A stretch of DNA of 60,231 nt, counting the filler, from Sphacelaria rigidula (taxonomy: Eukaryota), in assembly GCA_964200075.2 (NCBI GenBank). It is 9 parts of 9 records of this genome, joined end to end, with 100 filler letters (N's around TTAATTAATTAA, not from the genome) between each part and the next. Parts side by side here need not be neighbours in the genome. Positions count along the whole stretch, not along the records: positions 1 to 6,604 come from CAXNAA020019110.1; positions 6,705 to 13,308 come from CAXNAA020019111.1; 7 more parts are not named here. One strand, written 5' to 3'. Position 1 is the first letter of the stretch, and each line of letters starts with the position of its first letter. Under the pieces are notes generated by a model, which had not been told where the DNA came from, searched no databases, and saw nothing but the letters and a program-made list of their open reading frames with translations. Of this stretch, positions 1 through 11,383 are shown one piece after another. The position numbers and the translations under genes were made by a program.

Positions 1-90
1 TACAATATGCGGATCATGGCCCAACTCGTCCGTGTCGACGAGATATTGCTTTGAGAGCTTAGATCCGTGTCTAGGCTGGCCCAGCTCGTA
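1..90 (-). mobile_element. Terminal fragment of TA-flanked MITE family (TIR CGAGCTGGGCCAGCCTA)
   Basis: Reverse complement resembles 51545-51633 and 5507-5600. Ends ...CTAGGCTGGCCCAGCTCG-TA. Confidence 0.7.
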
Positions 91-1504
91 TGTTTTCTGC
101 TCACAGTGCAACGTGAAAAGGACTTGAATAGCGTGCAGCTTTGTACTGCGTGCACTGTTCATGAGTGTGTACGCGAGCCGCGGTTGCCCCCCCTACCGCG
201 CGTGGTTCCGTCGCTGCGATTCCGCCGCCCATGGAAGAAAATGCTCAAGATTTCACCAACAAGAAATACATCATACCCAACTACGGCAGTGTACATCTAT
301 ATCCCGGTTCCCAACTCGTGCTCTTTGCTGCAGGGTTGCGGTGTTAGCTGGGAATAAGTTGTGTGAGGTTTGCATGGTTCGATCTGTAAACGGCGGGTGA
401 TATGTGTGGCGTGGTAGTCTATACTTTAAGATTGGTGGAGTCGCAGAAGTACCCTGAAGGCAGTTAGGACACAAGTGGCGTCCAGAGGCTTGATGGAGTG
501 CGCACTCTGGAGGTAAATTTACACTGGAAATAATTGTTCTTCCGAATCGCCCCAGAGGCACCCTCAGTAAAATCATGTATGTGGGGGGATTATGTGCCCT
601 CTAGCCGCTTCGTTTACTGTCCATTTCAGAGGCATTGTGACGCTCTAAAGGGTATTTTATCCTCCGGACGGTCATTATGCCCTCTGAAGGAAAAAAAACG
701 CGATAGCGGGATTTCAAGGAGGATCCGATTGGACGCGTGTGATGCATACCATTTTTCTTGTCCTCCCCTTGGTTTTTGTCTAAAAACTGCAAATATGTAT
801 GTATGGTGTAACCGCGTGTGACTAAAATGACCATTTCCCCGTGGGAAAAAAAGTATATCCACATTTTTTGCCCCTACTAACACTGTTCCCCCGACGTAAC
901 AAAGTAACACGTCAAGTGATGATGTGCAAGTCCAGTTCCACGCCAGCAGCTCTGAGAACACAGTACCAACGTAGCCATTTGCTCCCGCAGCGGGGCAGGT
1001 TTTGAACTGCAACCGCTTGCGATCTGCGCAGTTATGTAGCTCCTTCGCCGAGGATGAGTGCCTGCTGCGCCAACTATCCGTGCTGATTGTGTTGACCCCT
1101 CTTCTCAGGATGGTTTCTTTCTATGGGCTCAGTACACTTGATACCATGGAACATGACGAGTTCAACTGGAGCACTACAGCTGGTGTTACATCAGCAGAAC
1201 AAAAGAATTCATACCATTGAAAAGGAACAGCACTCTTGTTGGCTGCCGTGTTCCCGGCCACCTGAACAACATCCTCGAGGATTTTTCCTACGATTAACAG
1301 GGTACCTGACAGCTAGCAAGCTCTCTCGTCCACGGAAGAGTATCAATCTCTGTGTGCTTCCACGCTACGTCCACAAACCTAGACTACAACAAGGGCAGGA
1401 TTACGGTCCTCGCGGTAGCCACTCTCCCGTGGGAACATGTTGTCCTCACTTCGTAGATATGCAATGAATACTGCCAGTGGTACCACCTTGTGCCGCGTCG
1501 CGGT

Positions 1505-1868
1505 ACTGACTGTATGTGTTGTGTTGTCGCCCCATTTATTCTGGATGCCGGTCTTCACCTTTCGGTATATGTGGGCGCACCAGCCGAGGCCACACAAGAG
1601 GAAGGTCAACACAGGAGCTTTTTCTTTTTTATTTATTTTTAATGCCCCACCTTCTGCGGTGCTTGCCTTTATTTTTTTATGCGAGAGGGGTTCAGCAGTC
1701 ACTTTCTCTCGTCGACCGTTAAGTCGAATGTTGTGTACCCACGACATGGTTGCTCTCCACCCTTGGGCATGGTGTGAGAAAAATCTCAGATCGCTCCGAG
1801 GATTGAACCCACGACCCATCCGTCAGAAGGTTTCGAGGTTACCAACTGAGCCACAGGGGTGACCGGTT
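1505..1868 (-). mobile_element. tRNA-derived SINE copy
   Basis: Minus-strand head with A box TGGCTCAGTTGG and B box GGTTCAATCC, and an AC-rich tail. Similar along its length to 18965-19325, 44661-45022 and 46926-47021. Confidence 0.8.
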
Positions 1869-2023
1869 GCAACTGACTGTACGTCTTTTTTATGTCTCAT
1901 CTTGTCATGTTCCATGCTGCTCCTGCGCCTACGCCGCTTCGCCCACTATGTCGTGTTTCACCTCCCTCGCCCTGCTATTGTTATCCACTGCTTGATGCTG
2001 CTGGTGCGATACGACACCAACAG

Positions 2024-4234
2024 GCCAGGTGGTCGAGAAGCGGTCGAAGCTCCACCCAGCGGCCCTTCTGGACTTTCTGTGGAACTTTTTTAACCTAATC
2101 GGGCTCTTGTGAGTGCGCTTGGTTCAATCATTGCAATGTACTTCTTGGTGTAAATTCGATCATTTGTCCTTATTTCCATGACGGCAGTGCAATCTCTCCG
2201 TGTGTGCCTTGGGCCTGAGCAGCACATGCAGAATAACTTGCCGCGATAGTTACACCGGTTATATCACGTCGTGTACTCAGGAGCCGTTGCAAAGCCAGAG
2301 GGCAATCATCACCGTTTTTCCAGGAAGCATTGTTTGGCCTTTACGGTAGCCTGGTTACCGAAGATACCGATCTCGGCTGTCCCATATATTGTGCGCAGCC
2401 ACGATACGGCACACAGTTTCACGACCCGTAACCGATCAATTCTCCCTCCTCATGCATCGTGTGCTCGCGCTGTCCCTGGAAACTGCATTGTGTGTCCCCG
2501 GCTGGCTGTGACAACTGTGACGACCGTGGCATGCGAACGCGCGCTTTTACAGCATTGGCACTATGTCGGCGGTAAGCAACGGCGTCGTACCGTTCGTATG
2601 AGGCCATGTAGTGGCTTGCATGTTTCTTTGCCCAAAGCTACCGCGTTGATTGAGCGAAGAGGGGGACGAGTTTGCTGTTTGGTTTATGCAACTTTGCTCT
2701 TGATGTTTTATCTCATCATGTGTGTAGCTGCCCGGCGCTTGGTATGTGCTTGTTGCCCAGCGAAATGCTCAAGAAGGCAAACTGAAATCGAACGGAATAC
2801 ATTTATATTTGGCTCTGTATGTGGGGCGAACAATTCATGCAGGCAGTTCGGTATTGAACCGCCCCGGTCTCCACATCATTATGTGCTGCAATGATCAGAA
2901 GGACAATAGGTGACCCGTTCGCGTTCGAACATTCGACCCCTTTACCGACTTCGATCACGGCAGCGCACCTCCAGCCTCCAGGCTCCCTCTATTTCCCTAC
3001 ATGCCCCTCGTCTGGTGGTCGCGCAGTCCTCGTCCCGATTAACCTCTTGTACCGCATAACCTTGGCACCTTTAAAAATGTTGTTCCAACTTTTTGAATGC
3101 GCAGAAAACACCGAAACGGCGGCGGAAAAAAGAGCGAGGGTTTCATAACTACCTTCCGGGCAGTGGCGACGGGGGAGATGAAGACGGTGGCGGCGGCGGT
3201 CGACGCCGGCGGGGACCGAACATTCACGTGACGCAACCTCCGCCAAGTATGTGCCGAGAGGAACTTGCTCCAAATTCTGCACTAATGATAGCAACCGATA
3301 CGTTCATCGTAAAGTTCCAGGACAGGGGTAAAGACGCAGTAGGCTCGTGCATGTGTGCGTGTTTTGTTCTCTCCTTCCAAGAAGCCGGGTGCCATTAACT
3401 GAGTGTAGCTGTTGAGCTCAACTTGCAAGAGCGCTTTACTATCGAGTTCGTGCACATCGATCCGACACCAGGTTAGTTTTTCGTGCGAGAAGCCTCGAAT
3501 GGAGCTCTTGTCACCCTTGGAAACCCCTTGGAAACCCTCCTCTTCTGTCCCCAGGCCAGACGTATCGTTATTTCAAGCCCTGACAAAGACTAAAATAATG
3601 GAACAGAAGAGACCGACGGCAACCATTTTTGAGGCGGAAGCCCACAGGAGAACCCACCAACATATGTCATGCGCGCAACAAAAATGTCACCCCGGTGCGA
3701 TCGAATTAATTTTGTCCAATGAGGGGACGCAGCGTGTCAACGGTATGCACACAGCCAGCATTGGCACATGCGTGCCTGAACTCTATATAAACAAAATCGG
3801 CACCACTTGTCTATTTTCTTGATACTGAATCCCGTGCTGCACTTGGGCTCATTTTTATGTGGGTCTGAAAAGCACCCCTCGGGCTAATAGTTTTGTGTAA
3901 CAGCTGTAAAAACCCAATCCTACGTCTCGCAAAAAACAACACCTCCAAATCCACACTTTTCCATCGCCAGTGCCAAACGGGTTCGTCTCTTGTTCTGGGC
4001 GCAGAATAGATGCACAAAGCACCAGGATTCTAGACAGGTTCAACACCCACTCGATGCAGAGCCGTGCAGGACTCGTTGAGTCATATTGCTGTAACATCCG
4101 CACCCACCCGAGACTACCTTAGTTGTGAATTGATGGTTTCTTTCGTGATAGCTAACCCACTTCTGTCAATCCGCCGCGCGTCGTTTTACTGTGCAGCTTG
4201 CGGTGGCGGTGCCGTTGCCGGCGGCTGAGGCTAA
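2024..4234 (+). CDS. SELENOK: Selenoprotein K (spliced; short first exon not located)
   Basis: Phase-compatible GT-AG exons 2024-2108, 2553-2571, 3105-3246 and 4197-4234 give (G)QVVEKRSKLHPAALLDFLWNFFNLIGLFIGTMSAKTPKRRRKKERGFHNYLPGSGDGGDEDGGGGGRRRRGPNIHVTQPPPTCGGGAVAGG-U-G-stop. This matches SelK architecture: GQV..RS start, DFxW single TM helix, Gly/Arg/Pro-rich tail, C-terminal AGGUG. TGA is at 4226-4228 and TAA at 4232-4234. A branch-point-like GCTAAC lies at 4151-4156. Confidence 0.88.
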
Positions 4235-4719
4235 GGCCGCAAGTTTCCCGTACTCGTCGGTCATCCCATCATTCCCATCCTGTGAGCACAACGCACTTGT
4301 TCAGCAGCTCCATCCATCTATTCCACCATGCCCCGCTCCGGCGATGGAATGGTGGAGCGGATATTGCTGGAATGGTCGTGCTCGTGGCACATGTTTCGAA
4401 AACTCTGGTTTGAAAATGACGGGTGAATATCTAGACCGGCCGACGATCGGGACTTGCGGCCTTCGCCCCCCAAGGAGCGAAATAGGTTGACGCCGCCCAG
4501 CTCTGTAAGATTGAAGGGGTGCAGAAATATCGCAAAGGCGGACATCTTCCCACCTTTTCAGTCATGTGAGCTAGGAAAAATCCGCTTCGAATTCATGTGG
4601 CTGCGCTTCTGGTAGATTTCGTGTGGTTTGGAAGATGACCTTGCTGACGTCATAGGTGCAAGGCTCTTAGTGACCGGGTCGCCTGAGCCTCACCCGTTCC
4701 CTGCTTTACATGGGAAGGG

Positions 4720-4794
4720 GCTGGTTGGGGCGTGATGACGTTACAATTTGGAAAGGGTTCTCTCCCTGAACTGTAACCGAAAAAAAAATCAAGC
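4720..4794 (+). promoter_or_regulatory. SECIS element (type II) in the SelK 3' UTR
   Basis: ATGAC (4735-4739), helix II GTTACAATTTG/TGAACTGTAAC (11 positions, one mismatch), apical AAA plus mini-stem GGG-TTCTCT-CCC, then CGAA (4778-4781) completing the GA quartet. A weak helix I (GCTGGTT/AATCAAGC) is possible. Lies about 500 nt after the stop. Confidence 0.85.
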
Positions 4795-5506
4795 GATTTG
4801 CGTTGCAGCAACTGTAGGCTTACTCAATGTAGAGCGCAAGGTTGCAAGTTTCTGTAGTTCGGATGGTGTATATACCTGCAACACTGTCCTTACTCTGTAA
4901 AATTACTTCGTAGAGTGCGTGTCGTGTTTGTCTCTCTAGCGGGTGAGAGGCGGAGGGCGTAGCATGCGAACAGCGCAGCCCCCCCCTGCTCTGCAGCTGC
5001 TTATTTTTTCATAATTTGATGTCTACACGACGCGTGTCGTGGTGGTCGTGATTGGAGTGTCGATGGGATTGGTTCTGTGGTGAGGCAGGCACAAGCCGAC
5101 TGTCTCCGTGGGGAGGTGGAAGCCCCGCGCTGGTGTAAGCTCGCGTAAGGTTGACTTCGATCGGTATGGGATACAGTATTAGTCCCAGGGGCCGGTACTT
5201 TGCCGTGGTATTCGTCAAGAGGCGAGAGAAAGCACATTCACTGTAATTTTACATGGCGGTGATGTGCACAGTAAGCAATCAGGATGTCATTTCGCCGACA
5301 TATCTCCTTGAGAGAGTATCTTTGCAAATGTCTCGCGAGGTTTGAATCCATTCCAATAATATAGTGTGAAAATACTTGCGTGGGGACTGACTGCTTGTTG
5401 GTCAATATATACAGGAGTATATGCCCTGTCAGATGGAAGCGGCGTGTTTATAACACATGAACCGTTTCTCAAGTACATATCCCTCTCACCTTACGCCAAG
5501 CTACTA

Positions 5507-5775
5507 TACGAGCTCGGCCAGCCTAGAAACGGATGTATGCTCTCGAGGCAATATCTCATCGACACAGACGAGTTTGGCCATGATCCGCACATCATATTAA
5601 TCGTCTAACGAAGGGGAAGGTGCCCATCTGCTCAAAAGTCTGGGCCAAAATTTCTAGTTGATTAAACCCCGTGTCTAGTAATTCCTGTACCGTACGGAAA
5701 TAGCGTCCATACTAACATCTACATCAAACCTCGAACGATACATTCAGCAGATGACGATGATTTTTGGTGTGGACA
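5507..5775 (+). mobile_element. Partial copy of TA-flanked MITE family
   Basis: Begins TACGAGCTCGGCCAGCCTAG and is colinear with 51545-51815. Confidence 0.7.
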
Positions 5776-6604
5776 TTCCCTGGAACACGGGGAAACGATA
5801 GATACACTCACCTCTACCTAGTTCGTTATCCATCTCGAGATATGGCATACAAGGTCCTATATTAATTTCATTATATTGCTAGCAGAGGCACTAGATGAAC
5901 TGAACCTGGATACTAGCTGGGCCAGTTGACAGTGGTTTGCGAATGTATCCGGGCCGGGCGGTGGGAAATCCGAAGCGTTGGGCGCTGAAATTTCGACACA
6001 CCATTTTTTCGTCATTACGCACAATCTTCCCGGGGATGCCAAGAAGAAAAAGGAAAACAGAGAGTTGAAGCGATTTGAAGTTTTTGCAATGACTAGAAAA
6101 ATGCTATAACGCCGTGAAAATAAAAATACGGGGGCATCCCTAGTGTAGTTGTGCGTCCTTGTGTGGACAAGATCCTGGTACAATTTCGGCCACAAAATTC
6201 AGAAATTTGGCGCAGCATTCAACTTATCGTGCGGCACGGCTGCGCTCCTTTAATTCAAAACAATGTTTTCGTGAGATTGAGAGTCTACGATACGATTGAG
6301 AGCAGGCTTTTCATGGCTTTCAGCGGCCGGGTGTGCCCGCATCATTAATGGACAAACGCCTACCTCGCACTTTGGTGCAAAATCCTGCCGGCAAACCTAA
6401 CAATGTTTCCGTGAAATCGAGCGCTAAAAGTACGATTAAGAGTGTGGTCTTATTGATAACATGTCTCGCTTCGCCGGTTCCGATAACGAGACGAAAAGTT
6501 TAAATGTGTAGCATGTTGGAACATTCCTGCCACCCGTTGCCTGAATGGAATGGCAGAATAATGTTGGACAATGTTGCGCGCTGGCCCACAGGTCGCATTT
6601 GTGG

Positions 6605-6704
6605 NNNNNNNNNNNNNNNNNNNNNNNNNNNNNNNNNNNNNNNNNNNNTTAATTAATTAANNNNNNNNNNNNNNNNNNNNNNNNNNNNNNNNNNNNNNNN
6701 NNNN
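6605..6704. other. Artificial contig linker (also 13309-13408, 20013-20112, 26717-26816, 33420-33519, 40123-40222, 46826-46925, 53529-53628)
   Basis: Identical N44-TTAATTAATTAA-N44 spacers (stops in all six frames) separate segments of 6604 nt (x4) then 6603 nt (x5). Confidence 0.97.
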
Positions 6705-7299
6705 TTCGGGTCTGGTCGATAAATTTCGCCTCGCCGTGATTGGGCAGGTCGCTCCCTAACTTATTTTTTATTGTTCAACGAACACAGGGTCAACCTCTCC
6801 ATTGACAAGGATAAGGAGTGTTGACGTTAGGCATAAGCTCCGTCAGCCCGTTAAAAAAAAACTCAGCTCATTTTTTAAAAATTTAAGCTCTCCCCCCTTG
6901 TTTTATGCCCCACTTTAAGCTTTTTTTAGCGAAAATATGCGTACTTTATGCGCCCCCTTCGCGTCCTTGTTGTGGCGTTGTGGCAGTATCCCCTCACGAG
7001 GCGCGCCTTCTAGCATAAGGAGAAGACGGCAATTTGGGTATTCGAAGTTTTGAAAAATGTTTGTGATTGAAAATAGGACTTTTCTCCGATTATTGAGTTC
7101 AAATGCCACCCCAAATCCCCTGTCGAAACAATGTGTACGCACTACGTACACTCATGATACATGATGCAGCAGTGGGTCATTGCAGCCTCTGGACACAGGG
7201 TATTGCAGCCTTTGACCTCTCGCCCGGCAAGATTCAAGCTACAAACTATCGCCCCCGCCCCCCCCCATCATCTACCATCAGTCGACATTTGAAATCGTG

Positions 7300-7662
7300 T
7301 CAAACTTCCGGCTCCGATTGTACTTGAGCATGACCGTGGCTTCGATCCGGTAACCTAACGCCCTCTCCTGGCGGGAATCTAAACATCCCCTCAAAACTGA
7401 AAAAGACTCGCTCGATAAACGCGGACAATGGCTGAATAAGTACGATATCCATCGCCACGAGATACCAAGTGGGAAACCTTGTTTTGTTATCGTCCCAGAA
7501 CGACAGCAAACCGTAATTTGAGTGCGCACCCGAGGCCGCGACCAAAAAGTCATTCTTCTCGGACAAAAGGCCCGCCATGACCTCAGGGGTCACGAAGAAG
7601 GGGAAAACAGCAAGCTGGCGGACCTCCTCCCCGGTGTAGCCTGTACGTTGATTAAAAGACAC
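7300..7662 (-). pseudogene. hAT transposase C-terminal dimerisation-domain remnant
   Basis: LSFWDDNKTRFPTWYLVAMDIVLIQPLSAFIERVF matches the hAT pattern FW...FP...A...L....SA..ERVFS. No catalytic core seen. Confidence 0.75.
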
Positions 7663-8004
7663 GAAGCATATGAGCTAACGCTGTAGGTTGTACGCTGCAC
7701 AATGTACAATGAGCCCCATGGCACAACTATTCTACAAAACATTGATTACATATTTCAAATGGAATCGTTTTTCGGATCAGACCCGCAACCATGGCAGTTT
7801 GGAGTATTGATTGTTGAAGCCTGTCTAGTGACGAGTAACGAGTGACGAGTCACGCCATAGGCCGTAGGGGGCATTTCCAAGCAGCTGATACACTGGCTGC
7901 AGGAGGCGCACGGAAAAATATCGTAATTTTATGCGCGTTTCGAGCACATTTCAAGCTTTTCAAACTTTTTAACCTCTCTTTAAGCTTTTCGTAAAAAAAC
8001 TTAT

Positions 8005-8112
8005 TTAACCCCTAGGCACCTCGAGATTAGTCTTCTGTTGAATCGGCATCAATTTCAAGTGAAAACACGTATGCATGATCCAGAAAGGCTAATCTCGCTG
8101 TCTAAGGGTTAA
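8005..8112. mobile_element. piggyBac-type (TTAA) mini-MITE, about 100 bp
   Basis: TTAA-CCCCTAG...CTAAGGG-TTAA. Internal GAATCGGCATCAATTTCA is shared with the elements at 16312-16670 and 24834-25069. Confidence 0.7.
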
Positions 8113-8579
8113 GCCTGAAAACCCCAAATTAAGCTAAACCTCAAGCGCGCTTACGGAGCTAATGCCTAGTTGACGTATGTTGTGAGTGAATATTCCAAGG
8201 GTCGTGCGAATCATCGCTGCTTCGAATCACCGAATCTACCATGTATGAGGCTCGATTTCTCGAAAGGCGGGATAAAAAGTGAACCGCGGGTGACAAAAAA
8301 GTGTCTTGGAGTCAAGCTGCGATAGGGCGGACGGGGGTTTTGATACCACGAAAGATAAGGCTCATTTATGTGTGTGTCAGACGACCCAACACAATCAAGG
8401 TGTGCTCGTCCATTACGTGAAAACGGCGTCGAGTGGTGTGAACAACTGTGTCGTATTGGTAACAAGCGCGTTGGAACGTCCGTTGGAGCTTTCAAGGCCG
8501 ATTTGAGGTGGGATTTAGTGGAAGAAATGACCCAAAATACACCCCCGCCCCCTCCCTCTCCCCTTCCTATCTTTTTTTT

Positions 8580-9335
8580 TATTGAGCCTTGGCGGCCTGC
8601 TGCAAACCAAGTACAGTGTCGTAACCACGATGGTAGTCAAGCTAGATCATATTGTGCAGCGTGGGAGAACCTCAACTCCGCACAAAGGGGATGATCGTAC
8701 TTTGCAGTGTTTAAATGGTGAGACACCTTCGAGGCAGTGTACAAGCCGTGGCTGTCTCGGGAAGTGGCGATACCAGATAATAAAGCAACTCACTGTAGCC
8801 TGTCATTCAAATGCAAGACAATCAGTAGCTTCGGCCCGAACAATTTTAGCAGGGTGCAGCTCACCCTTCATGCTACTCGCCGAACACACCACGACGCTTC
8901 GCGCTTGGTGATCGAGTGCGAGCCTGGTTCGGCAAAAACCCGGTGTGCTCCGTCCCGGCTTTGTAGAGATGCGAGGTCAACGGTCATATGACTATGGCCT
9001 GCATGATCATGAGGGCACCCCCTCCCCCTATCGGTGGTGAGACACCCATGAGGCAGTGTGTAAGCTGTGGCTGTCTCTTGAAGTGGCGATACCACAAAAT
9101 GAAGCAACTCATTGTAGGCTGTCATCTACATGCAAGGAAGGTATCAGTACGCTGCAAGGGGAACAATGATGGCAGGATGCAGCTCACCCTTCATAGCGAC
9201 TCGCACGGCGCTTCGCGGTTAGTGGCTGACTACGAGCCTGGTTTGGTGAAACCCGATGTGCTCCATCCCGGCTTTGTAGGGATGTGAAGTCAATGGTCAT
9301 ACGACTACGGCACGCAAGATCATGGGTACACCCTA
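8580..9335 (+). mobile_element. Two head-to-tail copies of the poly-C-associated retroposon (longest copies)
   Basis: About 310-bp imperfect direct repeat (about 8715-9030 vs 9033-9335). Both end in a GGTCATATGACTA hairpin followed by GATCATG(A/G)G and a C-rich stretch. Confidence 0.65.
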
Positions 9336-9799
9336 TCATAGCATGGCTCCTCTTCCACGCGGGCACCTGAAGTGCGACGCTTAAAACAAAACCCAAGGAT
9401 TGATTCAAACGGCACGAATCAATTGCACTCGAAACATTTGATACTCAGATGAATCATGAATTTTCCGACCCTTGAAACATTCGCCTAGAAGCTTCCTATT
9501 TCATCACCATTTTCCCTTTTGTCTTTGTAGGGGGACTGTGTCGCGTTTCAGAAGACGTGCCGCACTACTGTCCTCATTCCTACTAGGATCGTATTGCACT
9601 TATTTGATATTTTCGCACGGTCCAGTTTAACGTTTTGGCCTGACGGACCCCGCGGGATTTTCATGCAGCTTTAGGAAGGAATCCGTCGAGTTCGCCCGAA
9701 ACAAACTCAAATGAAAATCTGACGCAAAAAAAAAGCAAAAAAGCCGTCCCTTTGTTCTGTGGGTTGTATAAGAATGAGGAATCGCTGTAATGGTCCATC

Positions 9800-9900
9800 T
9801 GATTGATTGATTGATTAATTGATTAATTCATTGTCGCACTTTAACTAACCCCCAGGGGTCCAGCCGTGCTCTGATGATGGACGTACCCAAGAAAAACGAA
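9800..9900 (-). mobile_element. Non-LTR retroelement 3' end with (TCAA)n tail
   Basis: CACGGCTGGA motif followed by (TCAA)n. Related to 16393-16640, 28880-29110 and 11385-11520. Confidence 0.5.
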
Positions 9901-10384
9901 ACTGAAACATGTATCCAATCGTAAAAGACTGGAGGCACGAAAGATGGGGAAAAGTGCGCTCGAATTCTCTCGCTTGGTGACTCTGACAACGTCTTTCCGA
10001 GGTGTTACAATCCGCTCGCCAAGCTCCGCATTTGGGCAATAATCGGCGCTGAATCGCCGGAAGACATTTTTTTTTTGTCACCCTGGATGATGACAATACA
10101 TTACGTTGCCAAACAGTGTACTGCGCACAGAATCGACTACTTTGTGTATTGCAACATAGACAAAAGATTCCACACTCTTGTGCCCGTGAATGAAGGTCTT
10201 ACCGACCAAAAATCCGTTGTCCACAAAAAGAAATGAATGCGGACGGATATTGAAGACGTATTGAAGACGTCATAGACCGGTCGGGCCTGTGCCGAACCTC
10301 TGCCGAACCTATGCCGAACATAACACACGCTTCATCCCAAGTTACTTAGGTTTAGTTTGCGACAGCTGTAGTTATTTCATCGCT

Positions 10385-10700
10385 ACTCTCTCGAGACAGG
10401 AAGCAAACAGGCCTCTGGAACTTGACAGCCCCCCGCACACACAGTAGACGTGATGAGTTTGTCGGCGGAGTTGCTCAATTCGCCACAGCGGAATCGAAAA
10501 GCCCCAGAATGTTGCAGGAAACGCGTTTTTAAGTACATTTTGTGCTTGGTGCAGCGGTTTGCAAAGTGCTGCGTACCCCGCGGCCCGCGTACGACGCCCT
10601 TCGCGGCACGCGTACGGAAACCTCTTGTCATATTCACTAGTTCTGGTGTGTGGGAAGCGCACGCATCCAACCGCAGTACACTCCTCTGCGTCGTTGCCGA
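10385..10700 (+). repeat. Interspersed repeat, second copy at about 39355-39630
   Basis: Shared blocks GGAAGCAA...ACTTGACAGCCCCCC..ACACACA and GTGTGTGGGAAGCGCACGCA..AACCGCAGT. Confidence 0.6.
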
Positions 10701-11309
10701 GAAAGCAGCCTCGAAAGATGAGCACAACAACATACTGCAACAAGAAGGGCACAACAACAACACGAGCAGCAGCTTCTATCCTCCTGTTGTTGTAACCCTG
10801 TGAACAGGTGTACAGCAACGTCAGTCACAGGTGTGTTGAAGAATATACTAGAGCAATAGTCCATTTTGTATGAGCGCCGTCGTCATTTCGAGTGACGCGT
10901 GTACTTGTGATTGATACTGAGTGGCTCATTTAGGTTTCATTCCTCCTGCATTCAACTGACTGTGGAACTGGTCGGTCCATTCTCCCGGTATACAGCGCCT
11001 AAAATCGGCCTCCATTCACGGGCATAACTGTATGCACTGCACGTTTGGACAGGGTAAAATATTGTGCAGGATGCTTTCTTCTATTTCCAGATTTTTTCTT
11101 TCTTGAATTATTTTATTCAGTACAAGGAGCGGCCTCACCGCCTTGTGGGCAATGTGTCCCAGGACGCAGCACCCCTGTGGCTGCAGGAGAACATAATTTT
11201 GTTTTTCATCTGATCGCCGGAGAGCGCGTTCTTCATGCTCGCGACGTTCCCGAACGTTCTCGATGTTCCCGAAGTTTCGAGATTTCGGGTCCCTCGACCT
11301 CCAACCGCT

Positions 11310-11383
11310 GCGCCCCGGTGGTGTAATGGGACCACTGACGGCTTCAGGTTGAGGTGGAAATATTGTGGGTTCGATTCCCGCCA
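11310..11383 (+). pseudogene. tRNA-like (SINE head or pseudo-tRNA)
   Basis: A box TGGTGTAATGG and T-arm GTGGG-TTCGATT-CCCGC. The 3' acceptor half is absent, and the sequence runs into (AT)n. Confidence 0.5.

Noticed and set aside
374..400. MVRSVNG as the SelK first exon
   Set aside because: It resembles MVYISNG, but the needed phase-1 junction requires a non-canonical GCGGGT donor. The first exon is left unassigned.
4396..4500. Second SECIS starting at ATGAC 4396
   Set aside because: Some pairing, but no apical AA at the right spacing and no 3' GA to close the quartet.
6649..6660. TTAATTAATTAA recurring every about 6.7 kb as a biological periodic repeat or CRISPR-like array
   Set aside because: Always centred in N-runs; it is an artificial linker.
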